Origin: an uncultured bacterium
GTDB taxonomy: Bacteria > Bacillota_I > Bacilli_A > RFN20 > CAG-826
Length of the DNA: 64,000 nt
Direction: 5' to 3'
Assembly (NCBI GenBank): GCA_949285455.1
Contig: CASDXP010000002.1
Location: 10,188-74,187, forward strand
The notes under the pieces were generated by a model that searched no databases, had not been told where the DNA came from, and worked only from the letters and a program-made list of their open reading frames with translations. This document shows, in pieces, positions 43,273 to 51,883 of the stretch (positions are counted from its first letter, which is position 1; each line of letters begins with the position of its first letter). Both the position numbers and the translations under genes were made by a program.

Positions 43273-44457
43273 GTGTATATGAAAAAACAAAAATTTAAAT
43301 TCATAGATTTGTTCTCTGGGATTGGTGGTTTCCATCAAGCATTAACAGCATTTGGTGGAAAGTGTGTTTTAGCGTCTGATATTAATCCTAACGCAATCAA
43401 AGTTTATAAAAATAATTATGGCATCGATTCTAATATTGATGTAAGAGACATTAAAAATGAAGATGTTCCAGACCACGATGTACTGTGCGCTGGTTTTCCA
43501 TGCCAAGCATTTTCAAAGGCTGGTAAAAGAGAAGGTTTTATGGATCAAACCAGAGGAACGCTTTTCTTTGAAATAGCGCGAATATTAAATGTCAAACATC
43601 CAAAATATATTCTGTTAGAAAACGTTAAAAACTTAGTAAGTCATGACGGTGGACATACATACGAAGTTATATGTAACACATTAAAAAACCTAGGTTACCG
43701 CATTCCCGCCAAACCATTAATCCTTTCTCCTCATCAATTTGGTATTCCTCAAGTTAGAGAACGTGTTTATATTCCTGGTATTTACGACCTAGAGAATGCC
43801 AATAAACCAATTGAAATCAAATTTGGTAATCTTTTAGATAAAAAAGATAACAGTATCGACACGATTTTAGATTCCAGTGAAAATAATCCAATTTACTCTA
43901 TAAATGAGCATACTGAAAAAGTGCTTACGGCGTGGGATGAATTTTACCATGGGCTAGATATTAAAGTTATTGGCTTCCCGGTCTGGACCTCATATTTTAA
44001 AACTAAAAAGATTGATCAATCTTATCCCGAATGGAAACAGGATTTTGTAAGAAAAAATCGTGAATTATATCTAAGAAACAAAGAATTTATCGATGGTTGG
44101 TTTAAAAAATGGAATAATCTTAAAGATTTTACACCCACTGAACAAAAATTTGAGTGGCAGTGTGGCACAACAATCAAGTCGATTTGGGAAGGGGTAATTC
44201 AAATAAGGCCCTCGGGAGTAAGAGTAAAAAAGCCAGATATTTTTCAGGCCTTGGTGGCTCTTGTTCAAACACCTATAATTGGTAAATACAAAAGAAAATT
44301 ATCTGTTCGAGAAGCAGCAAGATTACAATCATTTCCCGATACATTTATTCCAGATGAAAATATGCAGCAGGCATATAAACAATTTGGCAATGCGGTTAAC
44401 GTAAAAGTTGTAAAAGAAATTTTTGCAAAATTAATTAAAACAGCGACAAGTCGTTGA
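43273..44457 (+). CDS. DNA (cytosine-5)-methyltransferase
   Basis: Motif I FSGIGGF, motif IV GFPCQAFS, motif VI ENVKNL, motif VIII QxRxR, motif X GNAVNV. Confidence 0.93.
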   Translation: MYMKKQKFKFIDLFSGIGGFHQALTAFGGKCVLASDINPNAIKVYKNNYGIDSNIDVRDIKNEDVPDHDVLCAGFPCQAFSKAGKREGFMDQTRGTLFFEIARILNVKHPKYILLENVKNLVSHDGGHTYEVICNTLKNLGYRIPAKPLILSPHQFGIPQVRERVYIPGIYDLENANKPIEIKFGNLLDKKDNSIDTILDSSENNPIYSINEHTEKVLTAWDEFYHGLDIKVIGFPVWTSYFKTKKIDQSYPEWKQDFVRKNRELYLRNKEFIDGWFKKWNNLKDFTPTEQKFEWQCGTTIKSIWEGVIQIRPSGVRVKKPDIFQALVALVQTPIIGKYKRKLSVREAARLQSFPDTFIPDENMQQAYKQFGNAVNVKVVKEIFAKLIKTATSR

Positions 44458-44470
44458 AGTCGCTGTTTCA
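44439..44470. terminator. Bidirectional hairpin between the convergent MTase and GHKL genes
   Basis: ACAGCGAC-aagtcgttgaa-GTCGCTGT. Confidence 0.5.
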
Positions 44471-44473
44471 TTT

Positions 44474-46672
44474 CTAGTATTGAATTAAATTCGAAGCAAG
44501 AATACTCTTTGAAAAATCAAGTATTATCTTGTTTTTGTCTTCTACTTTTTCAATCGAATCGTATGCCTTGTCCATAAATAATGCAAACAAACATATAGGT
44601 TCGATAATTTTTGCTTTAATTTCATTTATTTTTTCATCAGAAGTTGAGAAGCCAAATATTTCTGCTTTCATTTGGTCAGAATTTAGACATAAATAAACAT
44701 CTATTTTCTTATCAGATTCATTTTTTACTATGTCGCATATTAGTTCACTTTCTTCCAATTGGTGGATGTGAAGATCGAGTATTTTTTTGTCTTCTTTACT
44801 CTCTGTGCTTGGAGTGTTATTTTCTAAAATTTTTATACTTGCTATGTTACTTTCGAGACATAATTTATTGCCTTTATAATATTGAAATTGAATTTGATGG
44901 AGACCTGGCTTTAACGCCCCGCCATCTAGCGTATATCTTATTCTTCCATTCATGTAAGAAGCCGAAAACGAGTAGTTATTTGTATCATTTATCAGCATGT
45001 AAATTAGAGCGTCTTCGTTTGTGTGTTTTTGAGCCCCTGTTTTTAGATAAATATTTATTGCCTGATCTTTATAATACTGATTATTGTCGTTCAAAATTGT
45101 CAACTCTTGTATTTCGTGCATGTAATCTTCATCGATTGTTGGCTTAACATGGCTTACGGATTTGCTGGTCGAAACAAGACCTCCTGTTTTTAGCAGTCTA
45201 TTATATTTACTTTTTACTCTATCTCCAATTTCTTTAGTAATGGTGTTGTCAACATCGTGTGCAACCGCTTTTTCCGAAATCAAACGATTAATTTCTTTTA
45301 ATTCATCTATATTTTTAATAGCTTTGAATACCTCATCTAAGAAGCCTCTAGTCTTATCGGTTTCCCTAATTCTTGAGCGATCAGATGTGAAAAATTTATA
45401 TTTTTCCATACCTAACACGTCAAGATTAATAACTATTAAAAGACGATATTGTAAGAAATTTAATCCAGTTGCGTTTTTAAATTTATTAAAACTTTCAGAA
45501 GTGATTGTTTGTCCATTAACTGTGTAGATGATTGGGTCTTCAGTTACATTTAATCTTTGAAAGATTTGCTTCGATTCGCTTGCGCTACCCCATTTAGATT
45601 CATCATCAGGAAGAATAATATAATAATCAATATTGTAGGTTTGATTGTTAACTTCAACTTTTAATGTTCCAGACAAATCTTTTTTCACATATTTAGAATT
45701 TTGCAATCTTGCAAAAGTCCCATGAGCATATCTATTTTGATTTGATGTGTTATCTTTAAAATTCGCTCTGTTATCTACAATTTTAACAGGTAAACCTATA
45801 TTAAATAAATTGGTGTCGATGTAATTTATTAACATATGTTCTTTTGCAATATCGTTCGTTCTATATTCTTTAGATATATCTGTTTCAACCATCCTTACTA
45901 GAGTTCCTGACTCACTTTTAATAAAAGTAGTAAGATAACTAGATTCATTATCCATTTGGTCTTCCAAATTGGCTTCAGGAATTTCATCGTCAATAGTTAA
46001 ATAAACGTAACAACTATTTTTGTAATCAGATAATTCAACCTCTTTGATGACTGTAAAATAATAATGGTTATTTTGTTTAGATATAATGATAGTAGCGTAA
46101 GTGAACGGAAGTGAAGTGGAACCTCCTTGTCCAAACGCACCTATTAAATATGCTTTTTCCCTTGATAGTTTGTTACCAGCGTTGAGCGATAGTATTGTTT
46201 GAGGAAAGTTTTTGCCAGATATGCCGATTCCCTGATCAATAACGTCAAAAGTTATTTTGGTTGTTCCAGTTGCATCGTTAGCTGCTAAAATTACTTGATC
46301 AGCCGCATCAAAAGTCTGAACTTTAAAATGCGTTCCTTTAGACAAATTCGAAAAATTATCGTAGTACCTAGGGAATGCTTTTTTAATGATGTTAGAAGCA
46401 CTTGATGCACCAACTATATTATTTTTAATTTTCTGCTTCTCTATAACAGCATCAATTGCATTTGTAATTCTTTCAATAATGCCTTTTTCGCCACGCTTCA
46501 AGATGTTAATAGAGGAGCCGTTTGAACTGTTGTTGCCTAAAAACTTCCAGTACCTAGATATATTATTATAGTTAAGATTTTTTTCTTCCAATGTATAACC
46601 TGTTAATTTTTTAATAAAAGAATCTACATCAGACGCTTTGTAAATGTTTAATATTTCGTTTAAGTCAAACAT
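44474..46672 (-). CDS. MORC-like GHKL ATPase (HATPase_c_3). Start placed at MFDLNEIL (46672), behind an AGGA..GGGGA RBS.
   Basis: Bergerat-fold motifs: N-box ERITNAIDAV, G1 VIDQGIGISG, G2 GAFGQGGSTS. About 730 aa. Confidence 0.75.
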   Translation of the reverse strand: MFDLNEILNIYKASDVDSFIKKLTGYTLEEKNLNYNNISRYWKFLGNNSSNGSSINILKRGEKGIIERITNAIDAVIEKQKIKNNIVGASSASNIIKKAFPRYYDNFSNLSKGTHFKVQTFDAADQVILAANDATGTTKITFDVIDQGIGISGKNFPQTILSLNAGNKLSREKAYLIGAFGQGGSTSLPFTYATIIISKQNNHYYFTVIKEVELSDYKNSCYVYLTIDDEIPEANLEDQMDNESSYLTTFIKSESGTLVRMVETDISKEYRTNDIAKEHMLINYIDTNLFNIGLPVKIVDNRANFKDNTSNQNRYAHGTFARLQNSKYVKKDLSGTLKVEVNNQTYNIDYYIILPDDESKWGSASESKQIFQRLNVTEDPIIYTVNGQTITSESFNKFKNATGLNFLQYRLLIVINLDVLGMEKYKFFTSDRSRIRETDKTRGFLDEVFKAIKNIDELKEINRLISEKAVAHDVDNTITKEIGDRVKSKYNRLLKTGGLVSTSKSVSHVKPTIDEDYMHEIQELTILNDNNQYYKDQAINIYLKTGAQKHTNEDALIYMLINDTNNYSFSASYMNGRIRYTLDGGALKPGLHQIQFQYYKGNKLCLESNIASIKILENNTPSTESKEDKKILDLHIHQLEESELICDIVKNESDKKIDVYLCLNSDQMKAEIFGFSTSDEKINEIKAKIIEPICLFALFMDKAYDSIEKVEDKNKIILDFSKSILASNLIQY

Positions 46673-46683
46673 ATTTTTATCCC

Positions 46684-47889
46684 CTAATCCTCTAATGTTG
46701 TAAACAATATACACATGAAGAGATTTTGCCATAGCATAGGTTCTTTTCCTGTAGCATTTGGATTATTGCCTTTTCTTCTTGAAACGTCGACAGTAGCAGA
46801 GGCTAAATCAACACCGCATTCTTCTAATGTTTCGAATGGATTACGTTTCCATGTGTAGAAGCCATTTTCTTCAACAACTAGCGCTCTAAAAGCCGCAAGA
46901 ATAGGATATAGAAACCCATTGGGAGAGATATATTGCTTGTCATTTTCATAAAATTTTGTTTTAAAAGATGGGCCAGTTTTATGCGTAGCGACTCCTGTCA
47001 CAGCCCCATATTTTCCGCCAACTGCCACGCTTCTATTGTAGTAAATGCCTATATTTTCCTCTATTTTGTCGTATAGTTTGCAAATATCTGGCAAAATTTT
47101 AGACATTTTATAATATGGATTGTCTTTTTGGTGGTTGTTATATTCATTATAAGCTTTTATATAATATTCTAAGCATGTTGCCTTTCCGGAATAAGATGTA
47201 ATTGGATATGATTTGGCTTTTATTGGATATCGTTCAATGTTAAACATATTCATTAACGCTAAAATGTCCAGCACATCAATTCTTTTTGCGTCGTTTTCCT
47301 TATAACTAATGTCTTTATAAAATGGTTCATATTCAAGAGCGTTCTTAATTAGGTCAAAATGCTCTCTTAGTTCTTCCATAGATTTATCTTTTACTTGAAC
47401 TGATGTATTCCTTGCGGCTGCCAAGTCTTCAAAAAAATCCTCCACCCCAGTTAATACCTCTATTTTTACAAATTGTTCGCCACGTTCAAGCAGATGTCTG
47501 TTTTGAAGGATTATTTTGTAAGTATGACCCCCGTCAACGTTTCCGTGAACATCTAGATCACTAAAAACAATAGTACATTCGTTAGAAACGTTATTGTAAG
47601 TTATAGATTCAGCCGATAAGAGTAGACCACGATTCAACAAATAGAAATTTAGATCAACGTGATTTGTAAGCGAGGTTTGAATTTTCTTTGCTACGTTTGT
47701 AGTTAGCTTTTGCTCACGAGGGTTTGTACCCATCGGGATTGCATCGGGAACGTCTAAAACGTCACAAATTAATTCGTACATTTCCGGTTTCTTATCAATA
47801 TCGTTTTTTGACCCAATATATGGGTTTGGAATTTTTCTAAAGGAAGAAACCTTAAACTTTAGAATTCCATTTTTTGTTTCTTTGTTCAT
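46684..47889 (-). CDS. Partner protein of the GHKL ATPase; possible ParB/DGQHR (DndB-like) fold
   Basis: NPREQK followed by NVDGGHTY resembles the Arg and DGQHR motifs of DndB/DUF262-like proteins. 11 bp upstream of the GHKL gene on the same strand. Confidence 0.4.
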   Translation of the reverse strand: MNKETKNGILKFKVSSFRKIPNPYIGSKNDIDKKPEMYELICDVLDVPDAIPMGTNPREQKLTTNVAKKIQTSLTNHVDLNFYLLNRGLLLSAESITYNNVSNECTIVFSDLDVHGNVDGGHTYKIILQNRHLLERGEQFVKIEVLTGVEDFFEDLAAARNTSVQVKDKSMEELREHFDLIKNALEYEPFYKDISYKENDAKRIDVLDILALMNMFNIERYPIKAKSYPITSYSGKATCLEYYIKAYNEYNNHQKDNPYYKMSKILPDICKLYDKIEENIGIYYNRSVAVGGKYGAVTGVATHKTGPSFKTKFYENDKQYISPNGFLYPILAAFRALVVEENGFYTWKRNPFETLEECGVDLASATVDVSRRKGNNPNATGKEPMLWQNLFMCILFTTLED

Positions 47890-47981
47890 GGAAATCCTTT
47901 CTCTGCTAATTATTGCTAGCAGTAACTCAACGCTAACGGCTTCAGCCCTAGCAATTTTAGTTTACATGATCATTGGAAAAA

Positions 47982-47995
47982 GATCTAGATCTAGA
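47982..47995. promoter_or_regulatory. Perfect 14-bp palindrome ATCTAGATCTAGAT in the divergent promoter region
   Basis: The sequence is its own reverse complement. It lies between the minus-strand operon start (47889) and the HTH gene (48059). Confidence 0.6.
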
Positions 47996-48058
47996 TATGT
48001 GCCAAATATAGCACATATATTATTTGATCTTTATTTGCTGCTCGAATATAATTTAGAT

Positions 48059-48307
48059 ATGATTGAATCAGCACATGATTATCAAGTTAAAATTGGTCAA
48101 AATATAAAGCGGTATAGATTAGAAACAGGAATTTCGCAACGAGAAATGGAAAAGAAATATTGCATTAGTCGTACATATTTATGCAAATTGGAATCAGGTA
48201 AGCACAGTCCGTCAATAGAAACTATTAGACTGCTTGCTAAAGCATTTGGTATAGCCCCATCTATGTTTTTTATTGATTCCGAAGGAAACGAAATTCCATA
48301 TTTATAA
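48059..48307 (+). CDS. Small XRE/Cro-type HTH regulator (82 aa), controller-protein-like
   Basis: IKRYRLETGISQREMEKKYCISRTYLCKLESGKHSPSIETIRLLAKAF is a classic HTH_3 domain. Confidence 0.7.
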   Translation: MIESAHDYQVKIGQNIKRYRLETGISQREMEKKYCISRTYLCKLESGKHSPSIETIRLLAKAFGIAPSMFFIDSEGNEIPYL

Positions 48308-48598
48308 GGTTCCGATTACAAAAATATCAAAAAGAGCAGTGTGCCTAAATTGGCGATAATTAAATCGCGATAATTAACAAAAATTAAATTGACATTAACA
48401 ACTTTTAGTGATACTCATAAAGTTTCCAATTTTGATGTATGTTAAAACATCATGTGTTAGCTAGTTCAACGCCCACCCCCTCACCATCGCGTTATAATTG
48501 AACTGCTACTGAACTGCTATAAAGAAATTGAGCAATGTATATGTAGGGGTGAGCAAATTTATAATACCGTGTAAATAGCAGTTCACCGAAAAAAACAC

Positions 48599-48631
48599 TT
48601 GTCAAAAATGTGCGGGGGGGGGGTATAATTT
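48599..48631 (+). promoter_or_regulatory. Sigma-70-type promoter with a G10 homopolymer in the spacer
   Basis: TTGTCA (48599-48604), a 19-nt spacer that includes G10 (48614-48623), then TATAAT (48624-48629). The ATG is at 48635. Confidence 0.55.
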
Positions 48632-48634
48632 TTT

Positions 48635-49201
48635 ATGATGAGTGAACCAACAATTGAGTACAGTTTTAATAATCAATCCAACTTAGACGCAAATACCAAA
48701 ATACTAATCGTCGGCACTTTTACCAGCCCGTTAGGGATATACAATGGCTACTTTTATGGTGCCCCGCGTAATTGCGTGTATAAAAGATTAGATGAATTAT
48801 TTGACGCTGGAAATATCTTTCAAACTTTAAAGAAAAGATTAATAGATGCAAACGATAATAAAAATGAAGTAATAGAACAAATAAATAAAGAACTTAGCAA
48901 AAGAAATGTTGCTTTTTTCGATGTTGTCGAAGAATGCATAAGAAAAATACTTAATAGTCCTTACGACAAAGATCTTAAGGTTATTAAATATTCTCTTGAT
49001 ATGTTTAAAGAAAAAAGTTGCTCGCTCAAATTTATTATTTTTACTTCAAATACTGCAAAAAAATGGTTTATAGATAACGGATTTCAAAATTATTACGCTC
49101 TCAAGGAAAACAATCATGCTGTTTTAAATATGAGGGGCAAAAACAATGCGGAAAATGTAAAAAAATTCTTACTTATAAATTCACTAGTGAAGGAGGAATA
49201 A
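48635..49201 (+). CDS. Uracil-DNA-glycosylase-superfamily (MUG/TDG-like) fold protein
   Basis: ILIVGTFTSP...GYFYGAPRNCVYKRLDELF parallels E. coli Mug VLFVGINPG...GHHFAHPSNRFWKLL. FIIFTSNTA corresponds to motif B. Confidence 0.5.
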   Translation: MMSEPTIEYSFNNQSNLDANTKILIVGTFTSPLGIYNGYFYGAPRNCVYKRLDELFDAGNIFQTLKKRLIDANDNKNEVIEQINKELSKRNVAFFDVVEECIRKILNSPYDKDLKVIKYSLDMFKEKSCSLKFIIFTSNTAKKWFIDNGFQNYYALKENNHAVLNMRGKNNAENVKKFLLINSLVKEE

Positions 49202-49204
49202 ATT

Positions 49205-49975
49205 ATGGGATTTATTAAAGAATATTTTAAGTTATTAGCTAGCTTATTTGGTTTTAAATCAAAAAAACAAGTGCAAAATAGTGTGCCTCAAAAGCCTGAC
49301 TTAGTAAGAACAGAAGAACAATTCAAAAAAATAGTTGATTCTGTCAAAGCGTATCTTGATGAAGATTATCAAAAAATATTTGGTGTATATGTTTTATATA
49401 TTTATAAGCAAGATGGTTTTGAGTATAATCCTCGTGTTAGCGACGATAATTATTACATACTGAACGATGCTATTACCGCAGCGGTTTTGGATAAAATTTT
49501 TGGTAGGCACGATTTATTTGATTTTGGTGAGGACTTTACTAAAAATGAATTTCCTTCAATAATGTGGTATTACAATTACAATGATTGGTATGTTCTTAAA
49601 GGCAACCCCATGCTTCTTTGGATTAAAAATTATAGCGAAAAATATCCCGATATTAAAATTACCCATCCTATGCTTTGGAGTGTTAGAGCCTTTTTAGAAG
49701 GTGTGGTGAAATCAAATCAAGAAAGAGGCGAAAGTGAAGAATCTTGTATGATTAGAATTCGTAAACTGTTACTTGATTATGTTAAAGATAATCCACTCAA
49801 CAGAATTTTATATGCATCAAATATAAATAAATTTGAAAGTAATTGGACTTTGTATAACGATTATATTTTGTCTTACTATCGTTGTGGAAAAAACAACTTT
49901 AACGAAATATTCTTTGGTAGCGATTCTTCTTATGAATTATTGTCTCTCCAAGAAATTCAAAACAATTTGTATTAA
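49205..49975 (+). CDS. Hypothetical protein with the N-terminal motif MGFIKEYFKLLASLFGFKSKKQ
   Basis: ORF of 256 aa. Its N-terminus is paralogous to the ORF starting at 53905. Confidence 0.45.
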   Translation: MGFIKEYFKLLASLFGFKSKKQVQNSVPQKPDLVRTEEQFKKIVDSVKAYLDEDYQKIFGVYVLYIYKQDGFEYNPRVSDDNYYILNDAITAAVLDKIFGRHDLFDFGEDFTKNEFPSIMWYYNYNDWYVLKGNPMLLWIKNYSEKYPDIKITHPMLWSVRAFLEGVVKSNQERGESEESCMIRIRKLLLDYVKDNPLNRILYASNINKFESNWTLYNDYILSYYRCGKNNFNEIFFGSDSSYELLSLQEIQNNLY

Positions 49976-49992
49976 AATTTTGATTCAATTTT

Positions 49993-50850
49993 GTGATGGA
50001 CGTTAATAAACAATATTCTATATCCTCAATTCTATTAATTATTGCCGGGGTGTTTCTTTTCGCAGGCATAGTAAACCTAGTTACTATAATCTATATGCGC
50101 CTAGCAATTATTGATTTTTGTATCGCGTTTATTCTATTATTACCCGGCATATATTTGCATAGCAAATCGAAAGAAAAGCGCGATATTAATATAAAAACAA
50201 AACTATCCGACATTAATCATCATTTTCAAAACATTTTCAAAAATAAACATGATAATAGTTCGAAAGGAAGAGCAATTCTAAACGCCTTTATTCAAATTGT
50301 TTTACCAACAATCGTTGTTTACAGCTTAGTTCTTGTAGACGCCATTATGGTCATGTTTTTTGTAGGTGCATTGTCATATGTTTTAATATTGCCATTAGGA
50401 ATTTTAGTTTTTCTATTTGTTTTTGGCGCGTTCGGTATCATGGGCTTTGCTCATGGACATAAAAACACTCAATATATAGAGATTGATGGTAAAATAGTAA
50501 AAATAAGTAAGCCAGGCCAAAATGGTGGTGCTGGAGTAGCCTTCTTATTATCGATGTTTTGTTTTGTTTTTTGTGTTCCCATTTCAATTGTGTTCTTTAT
50601 TTTCAGCACAGTCAAAATAAGTGCTAGCGAAGAATATTGTAAGCAAGTAAATTCGTATAGAAATAATTCCTATTTGCGTTTTATGCTAGCGTTTATTGTT
50701 TCCTCAACTTTGCTATTAATCGGCTTTGGCATTTCCTTTATAGACATTAACATCTTAATGCTTGGTGAATCATTTGATAATATTTGGCAAATATTTACTG
50801 CTAGATTTAATGAAGTCATGAGCGTTATTTCTAACTTCTTTAACTACTAG
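49993..50850 (+). CDS. Polytopic membrane protein
   Basis: Six to seven hydrophobic helices; 285 aa. Confidence 0.5.
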   Translation: MMDVNKQYSISSILLIIAGVFLFAGIVNLVTIIYMRLAIIDFCIAFILLLPGIYLHSKSKEKRDINIKTKLSDINHHFQNIFKNKHDNSSKGRAILNAFIQIVLPTIVVYSLVLVDAIMVMFFVGALSYVLILPLGILVFLFVFGAFGIMGFAHGHKNTQYIEIDGKIVKISKPGQNGGAGVAFLLSMFCFVFCVPISIVFFIFSTVKISASEEYCKQVNSYRNNSYLRFMLAFIVSSTLLLIGFGISFIDINILMLGESFDNIWQIFTARFNEVMSVISNFFNY

Positions 50851-50941
50851 TTAATTAACCAATATCAAATCATTTTGTTTAATTATGAAAGTTTTTGCGT
50901 TTTAGACATCTTAAAAATAAATAAAATCATTAAGAAAAACA

Positions 50942-51356
50942 GTGGCTGAAATTACGTATAACCACATAGAAGGAATTAAAGGTGCGGAAGCAGTTGCGAT
51001 GTGCATCTATCTTGCTTTAAAAGGCGTTTCAAAAGAAGAAATAAGAAAAAGAATGATTGATGAGTATTACCCTATAATCGAAACATTAGATTTTGATGAC
51101 TTAGTGAAAAATTATGAATTTCCTGAAATATGTCAAAAATCTGTACCGCTAGCTATCTATTGTTTTAATATCAAAAGATATTGAAGATGTAATTAGAAAT
51201 TGCGCAGCGATTGGAGGGGACTGATACACTACTAGTGCGATTGTGGAGGCGTATTATTCAAAAGAAACACTATCAGATTTTGAAGATAAATATATGTATC
51301 TTATGATTGATCCCCAAGTGGAAGAATTAATAAAAAAATTTCATAAAACAACCTGA
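50942..51356 (+). pseudogene. ADP-ribosylglycohydrolase (DraG/ARH-like) remnant, N-terminally truncated with an in-frame stop
   Basis: SVPLAIYCF...NCAAIGGD*YTTSAIVEAYYS matches the ARH C-terminal motif tVPaAlyaf...GGDTDT...GAyyG. It is interrupted by TGA at about 51222. Confidence 0.55.
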
Positions 51357-51437
51357 AGTAATAAATATAAAGACAAATAATAATATAAATGACTATTTAT
51401 TCATGAATAACAAACAATTTTGATATAGTTTAATTAA

Positions 51438-51520
51438 GAATTTTCAGGATAATTTTCCTTAAAATTCTGGAATTTTCGTTATTCTTTTCCCGAAAATTCT
51501 TGATTTATTCACCGAATTAT
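51438..51520. repeat. Array of five or six GAA(A/T)(A/T)TTC half-palindromes
   Basis: GAATTTTC at 51438, AATTTTCC at 51451, AAAATTC at 51461, GAATTTTCG at 51470, GAAAATTC at 51492, CGAATTATTTT at 51513. Confidence 0.5.
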
Positions 51521-51527
51521 TTTAGTC

Positions 51528-51764
51528 ATGGAATTAACTAGAAAAATCGAGAAAACAATCGATGATTTTATTCTTAATAGCGGTGAACGAGAGAAAAATA
51601 ATATTCACAAATCTTTGCTCATTAACGGATTAAGGCAAGTGGGAAAAACGCATACTATCCGAAAATGTTTAAATTTACCCATCGATGATCTTCCCGTCAT
51701 TGTTTCTTCATTTAAAAACAAAGATTTTGTTGTCACATCAATTCATTTAATTGAGTTAACTTAA
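51528..51764 (+). pseudogene. Truncated N-terminal fragment of a COG1373-type AAA+ ATPase
   Basis: LINGLRQVGKTHTI Walker A is homologous to the N-termini of the 51884, 55920 and 59032 proteins. It stops after 78 aa. Confidence 0.55.
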
Positions 51765-51774
51765 TTATATTATT

Positions 51775-51799
51775 TTAAGAGCCAAAGCGGCTCTTTTTG
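51775..51799 (+). terminator. Rho-independent terminator
   Basis: AGAGCC-aaagc-GGCTCT followed by TTTTT. Confidence 0.65.
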
Positions 51800-51814
51800 A
51801 TTGTAAAAAATGAT

Positions 51815-51851
51815 ATTTCGCAAAAATGAAAAAATAATAGTTTTGCGAAAT
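51815..51851. promoter_or_regulatory. 37-bp element with 11-bp inverted repeats, ATTTCGCAAAA-N15-TTTTGCGAAAT, overlapping the -35 region upstream of a TATAAT at 51861
   Basis: Perfect 11-bp arms. A second copy lies at 53091-53127. Confidence 0.6.
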
Positions 51852-51883
51852 GAAAAGCAGTATAATCATAGTGGGTAAGTTGT

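Noticed and set aside
51190-51360. Possible use of TGA as Trp (genetic code 4), suggested by the GGD*YTT motif in the ARH-like sequence
   Set aside because: All housekeeping genes (dnaA, gyrA/B, serS, metG and others) are full length under the standard code with TGG for Trp, and TGA is a genuine stop. So the ARH-like ORF is a pseudogene, not evidence for code 4.
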